From assembly GCA_964016885.1 (NCBI GenBank), contig OZ024743.1:192138001-192202000 (forward strand): a stretch of 64,000 nt of DNA, written 5' to 3'. Positions 13,118 to 26,539 of this stretch are shown here, piece after piece. The notes under the pieces were generated by a model. That model did no database searches and had not been told where the DNA came from. It was given only the letters and a program-made list of their open reading frames with translations. Positions within the stretch are counted from its first letter, which is position 1; each line of letters begins with the position of its first letter. A program made the position numbers and the translations under genes. The stretch is from Eledone cirrhosa. Its lineage: Eukaryota.

Positions 13118-14459
13118 TTAAAAAGCCACATTGGACAATTTAGTTCTAGGGCCCTAAAAGAACAGGATGGTCATGGCTGGAATATTCATTATCAATGATT
13201 TGCTCAACCAAGGTTGATTTGGAGTTAAATAAAATGTTTCAATATTAAATTACCTAGTATGAATGAAAATGGAGTTAAACTTAACATGTGAACTCTCCTG
13301 TGGTATGTCTAAAATAAACAGCTTTTTGACTCCTGCAAATTAGTACATTCAGTCAGTATGAATTGCCTCAATCCTTTAACCATCTTAATATTAATAATGT
13401 AACTGAAGGCAGTAGATTAGCAGTATCAGTAGAGTTTTGCAGTATTAAGTTAAATCTTTCTATGTTCTGTGATAAATGCCGCTACGGTAAACTTTGCCTT
13501 TTACCTTTGCAGGGTTGATAAAATAAAGTATCAGTTAAGTACAGGTGTTAATATAATTGACATATCCCTTCACAAAATTGCTGGCCCTGTGCCAATGCTA
13601 TAAAGAATATTACTTATGCAATTGAATCACACAATGTGTTTTAAACAGAAAACATATCAAGAGAAAGATTTAGCATATTAAATATCTATTTCTGTCAGCA
13701 TTTCCTTATTCCCAATATTGTTTCCAAGGTTTTTCATTATGGAAAACATAAAAAGAGAAAATTGTATACCCGCTTTTCTCTCAGCATTTCCACATTGTCA
13801 AAATTGTTTCCAAGGTTTTTTCATCACTCTGAGATCATTCACAAATGAATTTGATATTAGCATAGAGAAAGAGTCCAGCAAAAAATAAATTAAATTGTCT
13901 CCACAAAGCTTAGTCTTCAAAGTTTCTGTATCCATGACACTACATGAATAGAAATGTCTAATTGCAGAAAGATGTTACTGCAACTGCTACAGTCAGTGGT
14001 GGTCTGCCTTAAGGTTTTCTCTCAATGTGGGAGGAGCAATAACAATTGTCATTTTTAGTGGATTGATAAAATAAAGTACCAGTCACATACTGGGGTTGAT
14101 GTAATCAACTTTCAACTCCCCACAAATTGTTGGCCTTGCAACTAAATTAGAAATCATTTTTAATACTGCTAGGCTTCGGCAAACCCTCTCAAAAAACAAA
14201 CTTGATGAAAGTATTGGTTTAACTCATACTAACCTGGTTATGAAACAGATTCAGAGTTATTTGGAAGAAATATCGATTTAGATATAGAAAAAACAATAAA
14301 TACAAAACTACTCATACTTCTAATAACAAAATAGCTACTCTATGCCTACATATCTCTCTGTGTGTGCATGCCTGTGCATGTGTATCATTTTAAGTACCTA
14401 AATGTAGATCTGTTTCGTTTTTAAACATTAGTAGTAGTTTCCTCATATTTGTCAATATG

Positions 14460-14900
14460 CATTGTTGTTTCAACTCAGGTCAACAACTCTCATGGAGCAG
14501 ACCTATGAGTTCCAGCCATGACTATCTTGTCTTTCTTCAGATATAGAATGTATAGAACCACATTATCTAATGTCCCCCTCCTTTCTTTAAGATAGTAGAG
14601 TGTGGTTTCAGGGAGATTTGATTGCTACATTTAACAAATTATGTGACCAAGTATAGACTCCTTCATTGACTCGTGTCAACATGTGTTTTTGATATTGTTG
14701 CTAGCTAGCCTCTAGTCAGTCTTTATTGAGCTGACCAATGAATAAAGTCATTTCAAACATGACCATTCCATCTTTTATTTAGATACAATGTGTCTAGGAT
14801 CATATTACCCAATGTGTCCTTCCATCCAAAGAGATGGTAGGGTGAGGCTTGAGGGAGATTTGGTTAAGCAACTATATAGGGGCTCCCTCATTGGCTTGTA
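14460..14900 (-). repeat. Two tandem copies of an interspersed repeat family
   Basis: Units share AGACCTATGA / CATGACCATC / GGGAGATTTG. Opposite-orientation copies near 11200-11370, 13120-13230, 15720-15895 and 22860-22925. Confidence 0.6.
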
Positions 14901-16058
14901 GACTTAGGTACAAACTGATATATATACGGCATGTCTTTAACATTTCTACTACCATCATAGTGTATTTTTGTCAAGCTATTTCTCATTCAAGTTAAGTCAA
15001 TATGAAATAATTGGCATGATTTAATTAGAAAAACATTTTTATTTTTATTTCATTTTTTATTTTTCTCTGGTGTTTAAAAGAAATTATAGTTACACATTAA
15101 ATTTTCTTTCAACAATCTAAAATCGATTTCACAAATTCATGCAAATACTATCTAAAAAAAGGGAAATAAAACAAAAAAAGAAAAGAAATAACAGCAAAAA
15201 ATAAATTAAATTGTCTCTCCTCTGAGTGAACACGATTTGAGAAATATTTAAAAACATATGATGACTTGTGTTAATTGTGATAGCCTACAAAAGTCTGCTA
15301 TGCAAATTTTATATTTAAAGAATTTAAATGGTGAAATGTAGCAAGAAATCTTGCTAAGAATCAGCAAAAGATAGCAATGCAAAAATATGTTGCTTTTTTT
15401 TTCATTTTTTGTTTTTTATTTGTTTTTAATATAATAGTATAAGCAACTAAACAGAGTCAAAAATTTTAATTTTACCTACAAGGTAGATTGATTTATTATC
15501 CTGAATAAAATATTTGCAATATAAATATTTCAAGATGTTCACAGTGTTACCCAAATTGATAGCTTAATACTGTTGCAATGAGTGAAATAAAATTATATTT
15601 AACTCCTAAGTGGATTCTTAAATTTCGTGAATATTCAACTCTGTTAAACTCTGTTAAAGATATTAAAAAAAAGCATAAACATTCCAAATCCTATTTACCT
15701 TTCTCTGTAAACCAAAATTCTTAAGCAAGCAAGTAAGCCTAAATGTGGTCATTCAAATCATAATGCATCATTTTGAATAATGAAGGATACACTGGACAAT
15801 GTAATTACTAATATACAAAAATAGAGGATGGTTATGACTGGAAGACCTTTGATTATAGGCTTGCTGGATCAGGGATGATCTGGAGCTAAACAATGAACAA
15901 CAATACAAATCTTAGTTTTGTTGCCTTATGGAGATGACAATAGAAAACAAATTTTTGAGACATTACAATGCTATAATAGCTTGCTATATATGAAAAATAA
16001 AGTATGTTGATGTTTCTAAGTAAAAAGAAGTTGGGGAGTAACATTTTTTTCTACTTAC

Positions 16059-16253
16059 TATATTGTCTGAGTTCACTTGGACAGCACCACATGTTAACCA
16101 TGAGTTCTCTTCATTTCCAATCGTGTCTAACTTCAGACCTGATTTGCTGTAGAGATAACACTGTTTATCTGATCCCCCAGCTATGATATACTCTCCATTG
16201 TAGAACCAACTGATGAAACAAGGATCATATCCAAGTTTAATATCCCGACCAAT
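16059..16253 (-). CDS. IFT122: IFT122 internal coding exon (IGRDIKLGYDPCFISWFYNGEYIIAGGSDKQ...VNSDNI)
   Basis: tttcag|ATTGGT...ATA|gtaagt. 195 nt, phase 0/0. WD40 sequence with DPC and GGSDKQ motifs. Confidence 0.93.
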
Positions 16254-19200
16254 CTGAAATAATTTATAAAAAATGATAGACAAAAAAAATCAGTTCCATA
16301 AAATATTACTAAAATGAAAAATGCCAAGCCATCATAAGAAAAAGAAAAGAGAAATAATTTTATATATGAATTTCTTCAGTAAAAGAAAAATTGTTGATGT
16401 GAGAAGAATATCATTTCACACAATGCCATAGTTCCTATAAGATAAATATATAGGAAAAAAGCTTTTGTGTGGGAAATATTAACACTTTCAGAGATAAAGG
16501 AAATTAGATTTACAGATGATAGATTTTGTTTATTGATTTATCTATTATTTCATTTTTTTTTTTTTTGTGGATTTCACCAATAATACACGAGAAAACTTTT
16601 AGAAGTTTTAATGTGCTATTTTTAATTTAATAATTTCTTAGCCAAATGTGGACAGAATTTTTATTTAATTCTACAAAAGAATATAGTTTGTGATAGTTAC
16701 AACAGAAAATGATTGATGAGAAATTAGTATAATCCTAAAGAAAGAAAAGATGACCTGGTTGTTTGGATATTTAGAAAAATAGCCAAATTAATAAGATATT
16801 GAACTGTTGGCTAGCTTTAATATAGGACACATGGATTGTCATTCATACATGAAATGTTAAAACCTAGGAGTTATAGAAAACATGTGGAAATGAACAAAAC
16901 AAAGTTATAAAAAATGAAGAGTGAGGGACAAAGATATTATACAAACAAGACATTTTAAAAGTTTGTGCAAAAATAAGGGCATTTACAGTTTCCACCAATA
17001 TATACTACTTTGGTTAGGTTCAAAGATTCTCCGTCTCTGCTTACCATCCACTGTTTGTACTGGAGCTTACTACACCCAAAAATAACTGCTATAATTTTTG
17101 GCATGAGACAAATCAAGACAATTCTTACATCATCTGGATATTTTTACTTTAGCTTGTGACACTAAGGTAGTGTTTTTAACAGAAGTTTGTTACTTGAAGT
17201 CTTCCAGCATTCTGGGCCTATTTGGTCTTCAGTTGCTAGAATATATTTGCAATATTCTTTCCACCACATACTTCTTATTTTCTTTATGAGTGCTTTGATT
17301 GTTTATCAAAAGACTATGAATGTTGGTTCCTCCTCTTTTATTATTTCCCAGTATCTTTTTCCAAGACAATGAGGTCATGATGTTGGTTGTAAGAAGGCAA
17401 GGAGAAAGAGTTAGTCAGTGCTTTGTGCTATTGTTCACTGCTCTCTTATTCCATTTCTTCCTCACAGTCACTACTATTTACAGTTGAGGAAGAGTGTCCT
17501 TGGTCAGTTTTGGGGACCAAAGATGAGGCAATCTCCTCTACCAATTCCAGACCTTCAGCCAGCATTGCAATTGCAACAGCAACCTCCATATTCTGCAGTT
17601 GTAGTAATTCATTTTGCTGTTTCAACTCCTCAAAACTTTTTGGGTGATTTTTGCTACCACAAGTATAACAACTAGCCTTTCTGCTAGAGTTTCTATACCT
17701 ATGACAAGGCATAGTGCTTGAATAGCCCTGAGTCCTGACCACACATTATTTTTCATGACCACTGTGTTTCCTGCTCCACATAGGTAAAATCAACTATGGG
17801 TTGATAAAACTACTAATGTCCTGACTCTCGCATTTGTTTTGCATTGACCCATGTATTGAAGTACGATTTAATGAGGTGTTTCACGAATTTACTCTGCCTG
17901 ACGTTCCACTCTAGCCTCAGTCATAAAAATCATAATAGTTTAGTAGGCCTTACCTCAGTAAAAGAAAAGATGTTTCTCCACAGATCATCTAGAGCTTCCT
18001 TCAATTATACCCTTGAAGGTATATTAAAAGTTGATCTGCATTTAGCAAGGCATCTAATTTTAAATAAATGTTTCAAGTAAGAAGACAACGTAGAGTGAGG
18101 CAGTGTTAACACAGTTCCTTCTGGGCTTGTGGTTTGTGCAGATTTAAAAATTCTTTATTGAAATTAATATAGGAAAAACTGTTCCTTTTTCATTTGTAAT
18201 TCTGCTAAACAAAGTATACATATACATGAAAATGCTACTGTTGTTTTTCTCCTCATTGTTATTGTTGTTGTTGTTTTAGTTTTCTTTGTCTATTATAATG
18301 TTCTGTGTAATGTCAATATTTTATGTTGAGGTCATTGTTTGTGACAATCTGTGTATTCAAATTCTGAAGAGTGTGTCTGACCATTTTGTTGTCCATGACT
18401 GCCCAAGTTTTTCAAAAAAGAAAAGAAAAGAAAAATGTCTAAGGAGACCAACTTTCAAGGTCAGCAAGAAATGCAACAGATGCCACAGTATTGAGGATCC
18501 TTTACAAGTAAAATAATCAATTTTTTTCAAATACTCCCAGGAAAATATCATATCCAGAGCTAGTAAAAAATGTTTTCACTTGTTATGACAGTACATCAAG
18601 TTAAACTTGCCATCAGCAGCATTAAACAAGAACTAACATTGTTATCATCACCACTTTAATATGTTTACATGAACTTGTATGAATTATTAACTATTTTAAA
18701 TGCAATTCCATTTAGGACAAATATATCCAATTTTCTTCCCAAAGAAATATATTCCAAGATGTAGGTTGTAAGTTTTATTTAATTTCTGCATTTTGCTCTT
18801 AAAAACAAAACTTTAAACTGTATTTGGAAGCTAGTGTCTATTATTTTTCTTTTTTTTTCTCCAAAACTTCTCTTACATTTTTAGTTAATTATGTAATCGA
18901 AACATTTAAAGACATTTCACAGGTTTTTTTCAGATAAGATATCAAAACAATTTCTAAAAGTCAGTGGTAGCTATCATAGAACATAGCAGATGAAAGATTT
19001 ATTTTACTTCTTGAGAGACAAACAGATACTATTTGTGACAATTGTACATGAATACAACAGTTTACTGCTATTTTCCTCTTTTCCTTTTTATTTTCATACC
19101 TTTATCATTGATATAGATATAAATACATTCAAAATAAAAGATAGAAAATCACATAAAATCTTTTAAGATATGCAGTGAAAGAAACAGTATATGAACACTA

Positions 19201-22200
19201 AATTATAAGAAGTTCAGATAAATGCCTTACAGTGACCTGACAAAAATTCTTCACGACAAAAGGAAAATTTTACAATAACTATGATGATTTAAACAAATTG
19301 TGATGATTCCAACAAATTAATAAAACAAAAGAAATTACCCTTAGAGTTATTGTACTGAAGTATTTCCTTGTTAACACTTGTTTTGTTAAAATGTTTCACA
19401 GAAAAATTTGACAAAAAAGATTCCATGCTTGTAATACAAAGACTTGGTGATTTCAGAATAAATAGAAGCACTAAGAAAATCTGAATCAATTCAAATAAAT
19501 GTTCATTTTATGAAATCTAATACAATATGGTTGAAAATAATTTTCATGTTTAAAAATGTAATTTCCATCCCATTATGGAAGAGAAGTCTGTAATAGTAGT
19601 GGTATTACTACTACTGCTTGTGATGACATATACAAATCTTTCCATCTCACATGATCCAATTGAAATATACACATGAGTAAAATACATTGAAATTTATAAG
19701 AGCAGCACAGTTACTGTTAGGCTAGTTGCAAAAAGAGTACTTTTCAAAAGTTCATGGGTTTAAATACTTCAGATATTGCAATCAGATATTGCTTCAGATA
19801 TTGCTTAAGGTAGAGTGTGATCCACAAGTAATACGGCAGCTATTTCTCATTCTCCCTCCCTCTCTTTCTCTCCCTCCATCATCATCATCACTGTTTAACA
19901 TCCATTTTCCATGCTTGCATGGGTTAGACGACTTGTCATGTTATGGGGTTAGTCAGGTCAGGTGACCACGTCTTGCTTATGGGTAGAAATATGAGGGTGA
20001 TTGAGGAGAACTGGCATGTTATGAAAGTGTTGGATTTTGATCAATAGTATAGGGGAAGAAGATTCGCATCCAGAACTTTCAAATGATATATAATTGTCCA
20101 CAGGGAAAATGTATTTTGACATGAAAATAATCAGGCAAAAAGTGATTTTTTTGCATGATCAAACTGTGCTTGTTGCCCCTTCTCAGGACTCTGCCCATGA
20201 TACTTGATAATTGAAATGCATATTCCAAATTACAGAGCTCAGTCCTGCTTGTGGTCAACTCTGCTCTGATAGCAGTGAATAGAGAGGTGGTTTGAGGATT
20301 AAGAATGCCAGAAGTTACCACTGCTATAGGTTCAACAGCAACTATAATTGATCATAGATGATAGAGAGTGAAAGTCATAGTCAATAAGGCATCAACCTAC
20401 CAGCCCTAGTACTTGGCTTGTGTCCTGTTATATACTGTGATATATTTTGTTGATTCTCAAAACACTTGACACTTGTCAACCTAACTGTAAATAGGTTCTA
20501 CTAGATGATGCATATAACCATTTTCAGTAGTAAATCATCATCACTGTTTTATGTACATTCTTCCACAACAGCATGGGTTAGACGAATTATCCCGTTGTGG
20601 GCAATGCTAGGTCAGGTGACCATGTCTTGTTCATACAGAACTGATTCCGGCTTGGTTTCTACAGCTGTATGCCCTTCCTAACGCCAACCTCATTTACAGT
20701 GAGTACTGGGTGTCTTTTGTCGTGACACCTACACAACTACTTTACAAAGTGGGCTGGACATTTTTTGCCATGTCATGACCACTTTACATTAAATGCACTA
20801 TGAAAATTGATTGCAGTGCTGAGTTCAAGTTTTCACAATGGTTATAAAGAAAGAATGAGAACCCCACAACTCTGGCTCATCAGTAGTGTACCTAATACAC
20901 TATAGGATTCACTGACAGAGACACAACAGAAATGTCAAGATAGGCTTTCTTCAAAGACATAACATATTAACTGTTCATTTATTATATAAAGGCATTGAGA
21001 TATAATTACACCAACAACAAAAATTACAATAAACTGATCATTAAATAAATAATTTTTTTAATTTTCAGCAACAAGAGGTAAACTAATTTAAATTCAAATT
21101 TGCTCCAAGGCATGGTTTCTTCCATCATGTTTTATTTTTTAAATTCTATTGACCTTTTTCTTTCTATTTTACTTCAAATTTCTCTACACCTATTTTACAC
21201 TCTTGACATGTTTTTGAAATTAAAATCAGGGAGATTAAATAGAAGTCATTTTAAAATTTATTTCTAGTTTTCTATTTTTTTTTAAATACAGAATTTCAGT
21301 TATTTGGGATTTTGCACAGCTGAAAGATAATCAAGATAAGATAGAAGATTCTTCATATATTCCTCATCAAGTACAGAGATAAGTGGTCACGAAATAGAGA
21401 CAGCAGGCAAGAAAATTACTTTTACTTTAACTCAATTAAAAACCTTAAAGGTAAAATATTTCTCCTTTTCTTTCCTTATTTTTTTTTTTTTGCTTTTGTT
21501 GTATATTTTCCCCTAACAAACAATTTCCATTTCATTAAAAATAATAAAGAAAGAATCAAGAATTATATAATAGTAAAAAAGACTCAGATTATTCAAATTG
21601 TATTGAAAATTAACATTATTTGTTATTTATTTGTTTATTTATTTTTTTTATTTTGCTGATTTTATTTGTTTGTTTTTAGTTTTATGCAATTATTTTTTTT
21701 ATATAATGAATAGCCACTTCTTCACATGATTAGAAAGGAACCAATGAATTCTTACATAGTTATATTAACAATGTGGTTTTTGTGCACTTATAATGGTAAT
21801 AGAAGCAAATATAATTACATCTTTTACAAGTTATTTAACAGGCAACGCCCAGAAGACATTTGAAAATAAAATACAGCTTCTTGAACAAATCTCTGAATAA
21901 CAATTTATTCCAATAACCAAATCACGTTCTTTGGCTTGTGCCAACAAAACTAAATTTAAAGTTGCACAGAACAGATAAGCCAATGAAATATGAATTTCTG
22001 ATGTACTTGAAACCTTGAAATATCATTCTTATAAGTTGAAGAATTATGACTGAAAAATCTGAAGTGGAAGAAACATAAACTAAGTGATCTAAGAAGCATA
22101 GTCATAGGTTATAATCTGATGTTCAGAAAGAATTCAAGCTCTAGTAGATATCAGCAGTTTAACTAATCACTCAATCACCATGCATCTTTATGAAATTTAA

Positions 22201-24006
22201 CTTTGTGGATTTAAAAAGACAGAACCAAAGTGCTTAGCAGTGATTCTTAAAACACTACACCTTCCTAGGGGATTTAACAAAACTTCAGTTTTTAAGGTAA
22301 AGAAATCTAGAGCAGTAGCATTATTATATATCTACTTCAGTCTTCAGATGTGTACGGAGTTTGTTACATCTTGAAAAGTGTTACCTTAGATAAGATCAGG
22401 TAATGATAACTTAAAATAACCATGATTCTAGACAGATTAATAATATAATTGCCCCTCTTCAACATAAAACTGAAAAAGAATGACATATGCATAAAAGATT
22501 GTTCTCAAGTTTAACAACTGCTAAACTTTAAACAAAAAACTCAACAAACCAGCATAGAACAATATGATTGAAGAGAAAACAGCTGCCTACAATAAGGCAG
22601 GGAATAGAAGAGTTGCTAAAATGTCAAATAGGATGCTTTGTAGTATTCATTTCAGTTTTCTGAGTTCAAATCATACTGAAGTCAACTTTATATTTCATCC
22701 TTTCGAGGTCAATAAATAAAATACCAGTCCAGAACTGGAGTCAATTCTTCCTCCATATCACTTTCTCATTTCCATTCTATCACCTCCCTCCTCCCTTGGA
22801 AGAAATTGGTTGTGTTCAGACCCGGAGAGGGATGAACTCTACCAAGTTTAAAATGCCTACATCTTAAAAAAGAAGTAAATTTGATCATAGATCTGCTTGA
22901 TCAGGGTTGAGCCGGAGTTAAACAACATCAACAAAATCATGCTATCATTTTCTATTCCATACCCGACTTGTATCAATGCTTCATAAAAAATGTGCTGATC
23001 TATTTGTTTTCCATCAGTTATAAAACTATCTGCAAATATGGCTTACATTGTATTTTATATTTTTGTTAAATGCAGTAGCTTTACAGGTTTCACAAACAAA
23101 TATTTACAGCTTTTTCTGGTAGAGGGTAAATAACCAGTTTTATGGGTAAATTGATGAAGAGGAAAACACATTTCATCTGCTGCTTGTAGTGATACACTAT
23201 TTCAATGAAATTTTCCAACTCATTTGATGCTTCCAATGTAAACAATTGTATATGGCTTCAGAAAATTCCAGAAATTTTCATATTATTAAATATATGTATA
23301 ACAATAAATAAGCAATACAAAGCAACAATATAATTAAATTCTGTTTTTATGTTTTGAGTTTCATATCATATAGCAGACAGCACATTTATTAATTAACATA
23401 TATTCAAAATGGAGAAAGAGACAGTGTGTGAAACATCATCATTATCATCATTTTTCATACACTTTTCTATGTTTGCATGCAGTAGAAGGGTCCTTTGAGG
23501 ACAAGCTTCCTCCATTTGCAACATTCTCTCATCACCTCCTCTGTGAGGTTCAGTGTTTTGAGATCAGTTCTAACCAGCTCTGACCAGTTTCCTTCCATTG
23601 GCATCAGACGACACTTCTTCAGCCAGTCTCCCTCATCCATATACATCACATGTCCAAACCTGTGCTGTCTTCTCTCTTATGCACTACATTAGATTCCTCT
23701 TATACCTAACTGTTCTCTTAGTTCATCCCCACCCTCATGTTCATGTACATAACCATTACACATTCAACAGAGCATGCACACTTCATTTCTCTATAGTCTC
23801 CATATATTCTCTGCATTTATTGCCCATGTCTCACAATTATGCAATAAAAGTGAAAGGTAGAGAAAGAAAAAATAAGGAAGAATATTTCAGAATTAAATGT
23901 AAAAATCTCACACACTATACATAGAGCATCTGAACAGCATTTCATATCTATTAACTCTTTTTAAAATCTTACTGGTTTCAGTCAATGTACTCTGCCTGTA
24001 CTGAAG

Positions 24007-24179
24007 ATTTGGTTATTTATTCCTAGATACATATTTTATCAACCACACTACCAGAAGCAATGAAAAGCAACAATACAAAAGGGAAGGAAATAATTTGGTT
24101 ATTTGTTCCTAGATACATATTTTATCAACCACACTACCAGAAGCAATGAAAAGCAACAATACAAAAGGGAAGGAAATAA
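24007..24179. repeat. Tandem duplication, period 86 bp
   Basis: ATTTGGTTATTT(A/G)TTCCTAGATAC...GGGAAGGAAATAA occurs twice, nearly identical. Confidence 0.9.
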
Positions 24180-24453
24180 TCAGGATGAAAACAAATATAA
24201 GAACCATTTTAGTTCAATGCACCAATTCAGCCATCTTTTGCCATCATCATCATGATTTTACATCCGCTGTTCCAATGCTCACATAGGTTGGATGGGTCAT
24301 TTTCAACACAGCATTTCTCCCTTGCCATTTCCTCTGCAATTTGAGATCAGCTCTCACTTCTGCCCAGGTCTTGCTTTGTCTTCCACTACTGCAGCTTTGG
24401 GATTTCTTGACACATCTTCCCCCAGAGATCATCATCCATGCAAATCATATGTC

Positions 24454-24650
24454 TGTAGTGACTAGCGCCATCTCTCCGGGGAACCAGACTATTTGGAGTT
24501 ACTTCCCTGTGGCCAGTATATAAGGGAGCATTCCGACGCCTCTCTCTTTTCACCTTTTGGCCGCCTGCCTAGTAGGCCAGGCACGGCTACGCCAAAGGTA
24601 GCTCTTAGCATCTTATTTCTCTTTTGGTCGAGCCTTTCCAACCTGCCACA
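24454..24650 (+). mobile_element. Probable solo LTR (~197 bp)
   Basis: TG...CA ends, internal TATATAAG, GC/CpG-rich relative to flanks. Flanks TGTC / CATC are consistent with a CpG-decayed 4-bp TSD CGTC. Confidence 0.5.
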
Positions 24651-24984
24651 CATCTGCTGAGGACCTATACCATAAGGCTCAGCTCAGATGTATTCCAATC
24701 CTTCTTACAAGGATTAACAAAGCAAGTCACAGGTATGTCATTAACCATTGTAAACACACACGCACAAGCACACAAATAAAGAAAAACTACCTTCACATAC
24801 TGTTGAGAAGACTTATCGTTGTTATTATTATATATATTATTTCCTGTCTGCATCTCATCATCTTGCTTCCTGCTTTCCTTACATATTCTTGTGTTCCTTC
24901 ACTTATTAAATTATTAAATTAGTAATTGGCATACAGTGTTATCTACTAGAGTAAATAACCTTATGACCAGTTCACTAAATGTCT

Positions 24985-25270
24985 ATTCCCACAGTTTTCT
25001 CTCTTGCACACTACTGATTCCTCTTATACTGAGTTTATTTCTCAGTTCATCCATGCTTTGTCATTCACGCACATTAGTGTTGCACATCCATCGAAGCATG
25101 CTTGCTTCATTTCTCTCTAGTCATTGCATATCCTCTGAGTCTATGGCCCACGTCTCAATACTATGCAGCATCGCACTTCACACATAGACACCATGCAGCT
25201 GAACTTTCATTTGTAGGGAGAAACTTTTTGTTGTCAACAGAGGTAGTAGTTCTCTAAACTTCTTCCATCA
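24985..25270 (-). mobile_element. Degenerate RTE LINE fragment
   Basis: Reverse complement resembles the HGSETW..RLERNEA.MLRWMCN region. Similar fragments at 23440-23820, 24250-24440, 43350-43610, 45200-45665 and 57000-57350. Confidence 0.7.
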
Positions 25271-25599
25271 AGTCACTTGAAATCACCTTGATGATTGCTG
25301 TTGAATGAAACAGTTCTAGTTCTCTAGAAATCATTTCTATATAAAATGTGTGTATGAAGGCATGCATGTGTGTGTGAGTGTATGTGTTTTATGTATACTT
25401 ATAAATATAATGAGCACATAATACAAATAGGTAAAAGTTGGCAGTGACTTCAAATTTTCACCTGTGACTGTTCATTAGAGTGTAGTCTGATAAAGTCAAC
25501 CAGAGGTGAAGTTACTGTCAATATTTTCCTTGTGTCATCATCATCCACATCACAGTTTAATGTCTATTTTTCCATGCTAGCATGTGTGTATATTCATTT

Positions 25600-25935
25600 C
25601 ATTCATTCATTTCATTTTACGTCCGCTTTTCCCTGCTTGCAAGGGTGGGACGGGAACTGATTCTGGCTTGATTTCTACAGCTGGATGCCCTTCCTAACAC
25701 CAAACCTCATTTACAGTGAGTGCTGGGTGCTTTTTTGCCGTGGCACCTACACGACCACTTTGCAGTGGAATGATAAGGACCTCAGTCACTATCATCTCAT
25801 TTCTACAGCTGAGTAAACTGGAGCAATGTGAAATAAAGTGTCTTGCTCAAGGAAACAACACACCACCCGGTCTGAGAATTGAACTCACAACCTTTCGATT
25901 GCAAGGCCAATGCTCTAACCACTAAGCCATGTGCC
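25600..25935 (-). mobile_element. tRNA-headed SINE with RTE-derived tail
   Basis: Reverse complement of 44187-44530. Head TGGCTTAGTGG...GAGTTCAATTC; tail shared with the LINE 3' UTR at 56100-56365. Confidence 0.82.
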
Positions 25936-25938
25936 TAT

Positions 25939-26432
25939 ATATAAGTATGTACACGTACATACATATATGTATACAGACGTACAGTAGTATGTATATATAT
26001 ATACATACATGCACACATATATATATGTACGTATGGATTCACCGAACATTTATTATAATGCTCGATGTGTTTGTAAACAAACATCCCGTATTAAGCCGTA
26101 GTGTCCAGCAACCATCGTTGCTCGTTTGTTCAACACTGACAAAGGTAAGTATATACGTTCAACAATCTGACAGGAAGGTATACGTTGCTGACGATAGCTA
26201 ATAAGCTTGAAACTAGTACAGCGTTCCTTTGTCAGTGTTGAACAAACGAGCAACGATGGTTGCTGGACACTACGGCTTAATACGGGATGTTTGTTTACAA
26301 ACACACCGAGCATTATAATAAATTTTCGGTGAATCCATACGTACATATATATAGGTGTGCATGTATGTATATATATATACATACTACTGTACATCTGTAT
26401 ACATATATGTATGTACGTGTACATACTTATAT
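25939..26432. repeat. Long inverted repeat: 207-bp arms (25939-26145, 26226-26432) with an 80-bp spacer; probable Penelope-like pLTR derivative
   Basis: The arms are near-perfect reverse complements, and the spacer carries a hammerhead core. Confidence 0.9.
26182..26224 (+). ncRNA. Minimal type-I hammerhead ribozyme motif
   Basis: Stem I ACGTTG/CAGCGT; core CTGACGA (26188-26194); stem II AGCT-AATA-AGCT; GAAA (26209-26212); palindromic stem III ACTAGT; predicted cleavage at GUA after 26218. Confidence 0.72.
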
Positions 26433-26485
26433 TTAAGTAACAGCCGTACTAAGAGTGGGAAATGAAATTTCGTTTCATTTTTTCC

Positions 26486-26487
<2 letters not shown>

Positions 26488-26530
<43 letters not shown>
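26488..26530. repeat. (AT)n microsatellite
   Basis: Direct reading. Others: (AT)n ~28049-28090, (AG)n ~28443-28540, (CT)n ~28728-28753, (TG)n ~45955-45974, (CA)n ~51097-51123. Confidence 0.95.

Positions 26531-26539
<9 letters not shown>

Noticed and set aside
21700-22550. Possible decayed retroelement coding sequence (also 41950-42720)
   Set aside because: No motif could be read with confidence.
25929-26424. Mirror ORFs 25929..26201 (+) and 26053..26424 (-)
   Set aside because: Artefacts of the palindrome and AT/AC-rich low-complexity sequence.
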